In this document: positions 7,494 through 12,690 of the stretch, piece by piece
Layout: each line of letters opens with the position of its first letter
How positions within the stretch are numbered: position 1 is the stretch's first letter
Origin: Armatimonadota bacterium
Lineage (GTDB): Bacteria; Armatimonadota; UBA10988
Assembly: GCA_016235455.1 (NCBI GenBank)
Contig: JACRKZ010000083.1
Coordinates: forward strand, 1 to 17,611
Direction: 5' to 3'
Length of the DNA: 17,611 bases
The notes under the pieces: generated by a model
Told to the model about the DNA's origin: nothing
What the model saw: the letters and a program-made list of their open reading frames with translations, nothing else
The model's database searches: none
Position numbers and translations under genes: made by a program

Positions 7494-9160
7494 TGTCCAC
7501 AGGGCCGCTCTGGCGCGGTGCGCTGTGCCTGCCGCTCGCCGCCTTGCTGGTGGCTTTGTCAGCCGCCCAGGCCGACGATGCGGACACTAGGACCTTGCGC
7601 GTCTTCATCTTCGCCGGCCAGTCGAACATGGTTGGCACGCACTCGCGCGTGGTCGACATCAAGCGCTTCCCGCCGTTCGCCGGGCTGGACCAGCCGCAGC
7701 CCAGTGTCCTGTTCTCCTACAAGCTCGGGCGCGAGCAGATGGCCACCTCGGACGGCTGGGTCGCCATGCAGCCCACGGGCGACTACTTCGGCCCCGAGCT
7801 CAGCTTCGCGCGCAAGGTGGCGGGGAGCATCGCGGCGCCCATCGCCATCATCAAAGTCGCTTCGGGCGGCACCTCGTTGGGCGAGGACTGGAATCCCGAC
7901 ACGCCGGGCGGCCTCAAGCTCTACCCGCTGGCCCTGGACCATGTGCGCGCGGCGCTCGCCGCGCTGGACCAGAAGAAGCTGGCCTGGCGGCTCGAAGGCT
8001 TCATGTGGCACCAGGGCGAGAACGATATGTTCAGCCGGGACTTCAAGCCGGCCTATGCTCAGAACCTGACGAACTTCATCGCCCGCTGGCGCCGCGACCT
8101 CCAGGTCGCGAACCTCAGGTTCTACCTCGGCGAGTTGTGCACCAAGACGATCTGGGGCATGGACAACCGCGACAACATGTATGCCATTCGCACTGCGCAG
8201 AAGGCCGTGGCCGAGGCCGATCCGTTGGTGGAGTACGTCCCCACCTCCCATGACGCCGTGGAGATGGACGACCAGGCCGGCCTGCACTACCACTACGGGA
8301 CCTTGGGGCAACTGGAGCACGGCGTGAACTACGCCGACGCCTACCTGCGCACGATCGGCAAACACACCGCCGCCGCGCGACCGCTCCGGGCCTGGCCTTT
8401 CGCCAAGGGCAGCCCCGTGAAGCTCTTTGTCCTCGCCGGGCATCGCAACATGGAGGGCGAGCGCGCCTTCACGCAGGAACTCAAAGCGCTCGCGGGCCAT
8501 CAGCCACTGGCCGACGACAACGCGAAGATCCCCTTCAAGTACAGCCTCGGCGCCGGCTTCAAGACCTCGTCAGGCTGGGAGCCGCTCGGGCCCGCCGGCT
8601 GCTACGACACGTTCGGTCCCGAACTCAGCTTCGGCCGAGCGCTGCGGGCCGAGCTGCCTGGCAACATCGCCATCGCCAAGTTCACGCACAGCGGCTCGCA
8701 GATCAACGACTGGACTCCGCAGGGCACCAGCGCGAAGGACTGCCATCTCTACGCGTCCTTCATCGCCTTCGTCAAGGAGTCCATGGGCGACCTCGAAGCC
8801 AAGGGGCATCCCGTGGAGCTGGCCGGCATCTTCTACCATGTCGGCGAGAACGACATGGCCTTCTACCCCTACCGGAAAGAAGCCGCCAACTGGCTGCAGG
8901 CCACCGTGGCCGGGAGCCGCCGCGACTTGGCGCTGCCTGCCCTGAAATGGTATGTCAGCCAGCAGCCGCCTCCCGACAACGAGGGGCTCAGCCGCATCGA
9001 CATCGTGGCCAACCTGGCGGCGATCGCCGCCGCGGACCTCGCGGTCCTTCATGTCAAAGCCTTCGACCTGGGCGCGTACCAGGAGAAGCTGGTCATCACC
9101 ACCGCAGGCATCGTGCAATTGGGCGAGATCCTGGCCCGAAGCTACCTGGCGGCCCCGTAG
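7490..9160 (+). CDS. Secreted tandem SASA (sialate O-acetylesterase / DUF303, SGNH-hydrolase) domain protein, 556 aa
   Basis: ATGATG at 7490 overlaps the upstream TGA (7491-7493). Signal peptide ends in ...SAAQA. Domain 1: FIFAGQSNM, GPELSF, KVASGGTSL, FMWHQGEND, HYHYGTLGQ. Domain 2: FVLAGHRNM, GPELSF, KFTHSGSQI, IFYHVGEND. The 7019 start in the ORF track is a shadow extension. Confidence 0.87.
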   Translation: MMSTGPLWRGALCLPLAALLVALSAAQADDADTRTLRVFIFAGQSNMVGTHSRVVDIKRFPPFAGLDQPQPSVLFSYKLGREQMATSDGWVAMQPTGDYFGPELSFARKVAGSIAAPIAIIKVASGGTSLGEDWNPDTPGGLKLYPLALDHVRAALAALDQKKLAWRLEGFMWHQGENDMFSRDFKPAYAQNLTNFIARWRRDLQVANLRFYLGELCTKTIWGMDNRDNMYAIRTAQKAVAEADPLVEYVPTSHDAVEMDDQAGLHYHYGTLGQLEHGVNYADAYLRTIGKHTAAARPLRAWPFAKGSPVKLFVLAGHRNMEGERAFTQELKALAGHQPLADDNAKIPFKYSLGAGFKTSSGWEPLGPAGCYDTFGPELSFGRALRAELPGNIAIAKFTHSGSQINDWTPQGTSAKDCHLYASFIAFVKESMGDLEAKGHPVELAGIFYHVGENDMAFYPYRKEAANWLQATVAGSRRDLALPALKWYVSQQPPPDNEGLSRIDIVANLAAIAAADLAVLHVKAFDLGAYQEKLVITTAGIVQLGEILARSYLAAP

Positions 9161-9279
9161 AAACCCGAGCCACTCCGCCCGGGCCAGCCGCGGCCCAGCC
9201 CTGCTCAGCACCGATCCGTTGCCGGACCAAGTTCAGCCGGGTGCCCATCCACTGCCCGGCATCGCCGCGCAGAACGCAG

Positions 9280-9312
9280 CCGGGCCCGCCGACGCGGAGT
9301 CGGCGGGCCCGG
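9280..9312. terminator. Perfect 14-bp inverted repeat between convergent genes; probable bidirectional terminator or 3'-stabilising stem
   Basis: CCGGGCCCGCCGAC-gcgga-GTCGGCGGGCCCGG, 25 nt past the prepilin-gene stop and about 120 nt past the SASA stop. There is no clear U-tract on either side. Confidence 0.6.
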
Positions 9313-9337
9313 ACTATGGATCAGGATTGGACGGCGG

Positions 9338-10015
9338 CTACCAGCTACTGTTGGCAGGCGCCACGAAGCCCGTCGACGTGTCATCCTCGACGCTGTACAT
9401 GTGCGGCTTGGTGGCCCCACGGCCCAGCGACTTCACGTGGCCGTCGCAGAACAGGAAGTTGGCCTGGTCCGTGTGGCGGCGCGGCGCGGCCCAACCACCG
9501 TCCATGTGCGCCGAGGCCACCCAGAACTCCCAGTAGCCACTGATCTCGATGGTGGAGATGGTCTCGGCCGGCGAGACGCACGCCGAGAGCGACTGGTAGT
9601 TGTGCGGTCCATTGCCGGTGCGTCCGGCACAGGAGCCGTCCCAGCCCGTGCCGGCCATGTGGTTGGCCGCGTAGCTGGGCGTGGGCGCAACGGGCTTGGC
9701 CGCATCGCTGGGGCACATGAGCGCCTGCGTGCTCTTCATGTACGGCTGGATCAGCTGACACCAGGGCATCCATCCGCTGTTCTGCGGATAGCCGGTGTAC
9801 CCCGCCGGCGTTGTGCCGTACGGCGTGAAGCTCTCGTCATAGTCCTGGGAGTACTGCATCATGGCCACGCCAATCTGCTTCATGTTGGACTGACAGCTCG
9901 ACTGTCGAGCCTTCTCCCTGGCCTTCGCGAAAACTGGGAACAGAATGGCAGCCAGAATGGCGATGATCGCGATCACCACCAGTAACTCGATCAGCGTAAA
10001 CGCTCGACGTCGCAT
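9338..10015 (-). CDS. Prepilin-type N-terminal cleavage/methylation domain protein, DUF1559-like with H-X9-DG motif (225 aa)
   Basis: MRRRA|[44 protein letters not shown]...YSQDYDE; CPSD motif; C-terminal [16 protein letters not shown] (H-X9-DG). AAAGGA RBS sits upstream of ATG 10015, which makes the 10075 start unlikely. Confidence 0.93.
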   Translation of the reverse strand: MRRRAFTLIELLVVIAIIAILAAILFPVFAKAREKARQSSCQSNMKQIGVAMMQYSQDYDESFTPYGTTPAGYTGYPQNSGWMPWCQLIQPYMKSTQALMCPSDAAKPVAPTPSYAANHMAGTGWDGSCAGRTGNGPHNYQSLSACVSPAETISTIEISGYWEFWVASAHMDGGWAAPRRHTDQANFLFCDGHVKSLGRGATKPHMYSVEDDTSTGFVAPANSSW

Positions 10016-10062
10016 ACCAGGTCCTTTCATCGGTCCGACCGGCGCACGAACGGCACCAGATA

Positions 10063-10100
10063 CCTTAGTACCCAACGCCGTTGCCGTTCAATCATTGACG
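10063..10100. promoter_or_regulatory. Candidate divergent promoter/operator: minus-strand TTGAAC-N18-TAAGGT overlapping the palindrome TCAAT-C-ATTGA
   Basis: AT-richer island between divergent genes. Palindrome at 10088-10098, a sigma70-like hexamer pair pointing at the prepilin gene, and TTGACG on + at 10095-10100. Found by eye only. Confidence 0.3.
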
Positions 10101-10211
10101 TCTCAAATGCATCGCCATTCAGAGAGTCAGTCTCCCGAGGTTGACGCGGGCGGGTCGGTTGGGCAGGGCCTGCTGGCGATGGCGGCGAATGGTCCGCCGG
10201 GAGCATGAGCC

Positions 10212-11048
10212 ATGGTTTCGGCGTTGGCCCTGGCACTGTGGGCCGTGTTGACCGCCACCAGCGGCCCGGTCGATTTCGTCGAGCCGCCGCGCGAGTACCT
10301 GCACCTGCGGCTGGCGGGTTGGGAGCTGTTTGTCGAGCGGCAGCTGGCCGACGACGATGGCGAGCTGGCGGTGGCGGCGCAGTCGCGGCTGGAGTACCTG
10401 CTGGGTGATACGAAACGGCTGCTGCCGACGCGCAGCCAGGCGCTGCTGGGCTCGCTGCGACTGTTTCTCATGGACGGCGTGCGCTCGCGCGGCGGCGGCC
10501 GTAACAACGGGCTGGAGTACTTCCAGCGCACCGCGCCGCGCTTCCGGCGCGAGCTCGACGCGCGCATGGCCAGCAGCGTGGTCATCTACTCCGCCGAGAA
10601 CTGGATGTGGAACACCGAGGCGCGTATGCGCATGGCGCTCGTCCACGAGTTCGCCCACGCCTGGCAGCTCGAGCAATGGCCCGAGGATCAGCCCGACATC
10701 GACCGGGCCTACCGAGCCGCGATGGCCCACGGGTTGTATCGCGACGTGCTCGACGACCAAGCGCGCCGGCTGCCCGCGGCGTATGCGACCACCAATCGGT
10801 TGGAGTACTTTGCCGAGCTCTCGATGATCTACTTCACCGGCGGCTACTACCAGCCCTTCGACCGCGCCATGCTTCGTGTGTACGACCCCGCGGGCTACGC
10901 GATGGTCGAGAAGATGTGGAGCAGCGCCGGTGTCGCGCCGACACCAGCGCTCACTCCGTCTCGGCCAGCAGCGCGTCGCGGGCATGCGACTGCAGTGACA
11001 CGGTCAGCTGCCAGGCCAACAGGCTGGCCACGACCACGCCCACGATGA
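10212..11048 (+). CDS. Secreted zinc-dependent metallopeptidase (HExxH; lethal-factor/MtfA-like gluzincin)
   Basis: Signal peptide, LVHEFAHAW (HExxH), downstream YATTNRLEYFAELS (third-ligand Glu motif) and YQPFDRAML..YDP. The low-complexity tail overlaps the convergent DedA gene. Confidence 0.78.
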   Translation: MVSALALALWAVLTATSGPVDFVEPPREYLHLRLAGWELFVERQLADDDGELAVAAQSRLEYLLGDTKRLLPTRSQALLGSLRLFLMDGVRSRGGGRNNGLEYFQRTAPRFRRELDARMASSVVIYSAENWMWNTEARMRMALVHEFAHAWQLEQWPEDQPDIDRAYRAAMAHGLYRDVLDDQARRLPAAYATTNRLEYFAELSMIYFTGGYYQPFDRAMLRVYDPAGYAMVEKMWSSAGVAPTPALTPSRPAARRGHATAVTRSAARPTGWPRPRPR

Positions 11049-11577
11049 CCCACGTCAGGTCGCCCAGGATCTGCGCCAGGGCCTGCACATGGTCGCTGAA
11101 GGCCCAGCCGGCAAGCACGTAGAGCGACACCCAGATCGCTTCACCGAGCACGGCGCAGACCAGGAAGCGCGGCCAAGGGTAGCCGGCCAGGCCGCAGGCC
11201 AGGTTCACCGACGGACCCAGCGACGCGACCAGCCAGCGACTGAAGAAGATGGCCGCCCCGCCCCGGGTCGTGGTCATGCCCTCGGCCTTGGCCAAGGCGT
11301 CGTCGAGACCCAGTCGGCCGGCGAGCGGGGCGATGACCCGGCGGCCGAACCGCCGCGCCAGCCCGTAGCCCAACTGGTCGCCCAGCACCGCCGCGATGCC
11401 GGCCAGGACGATGACCTGCCACAAGGGCGTCTCGCCCTGCGCGGCGAAGGAGCCGCCCGCGATGAGGGCCAGACTGCTCGGCAGCGGCGCGCCCACCGAC
11501 GACAGCAGGATCACGCCGAACAGTGCCGGCAAGCCGTAGGCCACGAACGCCGCCAGCAGGTAGTCGGCGGTGCTCAA
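10951..11577 (-). CDS. dedA: DedA family (VTT/SNARE_assoc) membrane protein, ~208 aa
   Basis: GAPLPSSLALIAGG, AVLGDQLGYGLAR, AIFFSRWLVASLG..VNLACG, YPWPRFL...LGEAIW, all within multiple hydrophobic segments. The likely start is TTG at 11577, overlapping the upstream stop (TTGA). The 11814 start in the ORF track is a shadow extension. Confidence 0.85.
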   Translation of the reverse strand: MSTADYLLAAFVAYGLPALFGVILLSSVGAPLPSSLALIAGGSFAAQGETPLWQVIVLAGIAAVLGDQLGYGLARRFGRRVIAPLAGRLGLDDALAKAEGMTTTRGGAAIFFSRWLVASLGPSVNLACGLAGYPWPRFLVCAVLGEAIWVSLYVLAGWAFSDHVQALAQILGDLTWVIVGVVVASLLAWQLTVSLQSHARDALLAETE

Positions 11578-11993
11578 GGCGCTCGGCCACGCGGCGGCGC
11601 CTCCGGCGGTGGTGGCGGAGGCGGGTATGGCGGCCGGGCATGGACGATGGCCATCTCCAGCAGCGGGATCAGCGTGCTGGTGGTGCACCGCCGGGCCTTG
11701 GCCAGCCGCGAGATGGAGCGCCGGTCGTGGCGCCTGACCGGCATGTCCAGGGCCTGGTAGAGGATGTGCGGCGGCACATGGTAGGAGTGGGCCACATAGC
11801 CCAGGTTCATCCACGGACGGATTGGCTCGTCGGTGTGCTGTCGCCAGTAGACGACGCGCCGCACGACGCGCACGGCTCGGTAGCCGGTGAAGCCAACCAC
11901 CAGCACCAGCGCGACGGCCAGCAGACGCAGGCGCCAGGGGTGGCTGGGGCCTGCCAGGGCAGCGCTCCGGCTGGAGGCCGGTCCACGGAGCAC
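11574..11993 (-). CDS. Small single-pass membrane protein of unknown function, coupled to dedA
   Basis: TM segment LLAVALVLVVGFTGY followed by EPIRPWMNLGYVAHSYHVP..ILYQAL, and a proline-rich C-terminus. Its stop overlaps the DedA start. The GTG start position is uncertain. Confidence 0.7.
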   Translation of the reverse strand: MLRGPASSRSAALAGPSHPWRLRLLAVALVLVVGFTGYRAVRVVRRVVYWRQHTDEPIRPWMNLGYVAHSYHVPPHILYQALDMPVRRHDRRSISRLAKARRCTTSTLIPLLEMAIVHARPPYPPPPPPPEAPPRGRAP

Positions 11994-12216
11994 TCGGGAG
12001 ACAGCGGCAGCGGGGCGGTCCGTTGACGTTGGCTGCGTTCGGGCCTCCCCGTCGGCCGAAGCCGACGGGTCTGAGGATGACCCGGTGGGCGCAGCCTCCT
12101 GGTCACTGGACCGACTCGCGATGGCTGTCTCCCGGCCCTTGCGGGCAGTGTGCTACCGTGGACCAGCCCGACCTCGCGGCCTGCTGGGCCGGTGGCTTCC
12201 GAGGGCTTTCGTTGCC

Positions 12217-12537
12217 CTAGTGGCCAAGGCGATCGACCTCCGGCGCCTTGGCCGGAGGGATCTGAATCTGGTTCTTCAGCTTGAGGCTGCCGGCCTCGAA
12301 CTGGTACAGCGTGGGCCCGGCCAACACGAACACATAGTGCTCGGTGGCCACCAGGTCCGGCGCATGCGCCCCGGGCCGCGCCACCGCGGAGGCCGGCGAG
12401 GCGCGCGGTAAGCCTTGCCCGGCGAGCGCCAGCACGCAGCCTGTCGCAAAGAGAGCCACGGCAACGGCCATGCCGAACAAGCCCCCAAGTCGGCAGCTGG
12501 GTCGAGGCCGTGGCAACGAATACGTAGCGGTGGTCAT
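12217..12537 (-). CDS. Small exported/membrane-anchored hypothetical protein (106 aa)
   Basis: ATG at 12537 with GAGGA upstream, a hydrophobic segment GMAVAVALFATGCVLALA, and a C-terminal beta-rich unit LVATEHYVFVLAGPTLYQFEAGSLKL. Codon usage is typically GC3-rich. Confidence 0.65.
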   Translation of the reverse strand: MTTATYSLPRPRPSCRLGGLFGMAVAVALFATGCVLALAGQGLPRASPASAVARPGAHAPDLVATEHYVFVLAGPTLYQFEAGSLKLKNQIQIPPAKAPEVDRLGH

Positions 12538-12690
12538 GGTCGTCGTCCTCGGCAGGGCGGGCGTCAAGGACACCCGACGGTGCTCACCTACCGAGTGTGG
12601 CCTGCCTGGCGACCCGCGACCATCGGTACAACCCTGTATTGCCGGGGCCCCAGGTCTGTAGACCGGCCGAACGCTGTTCGGAACCCGAAC

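Noticed and set aside
11578-11814. Longer DedA start (ATG 11814), or GGAGG-N9-GTG near 11590
   Set aside because: The extension overlaps the upstream gene and is not DedA-like, and the SD-GTG is in a different, non-coding frame.
11994-12216. Possible promoter motifs (TGCTACCGT on +; CAAC...GTCT on -) and short ORFs in this spacer
   Set aside because: The + motif points at no gene, the ECF-like spacing does not fit, and the ORFs lack coding features.
12600-12690. Minus-strand GGGUUCCG...CCGGUC reminiscent of ykkC/guanidine-I riboswitches, including a short CCGAAC-gct-GTTCGG hairpin
   Set aside because: The conserved 3' stem (GGGAUAAAAGCCCGGGAG-like) is missing; the hairpin is only 6 bp with no U-tract.
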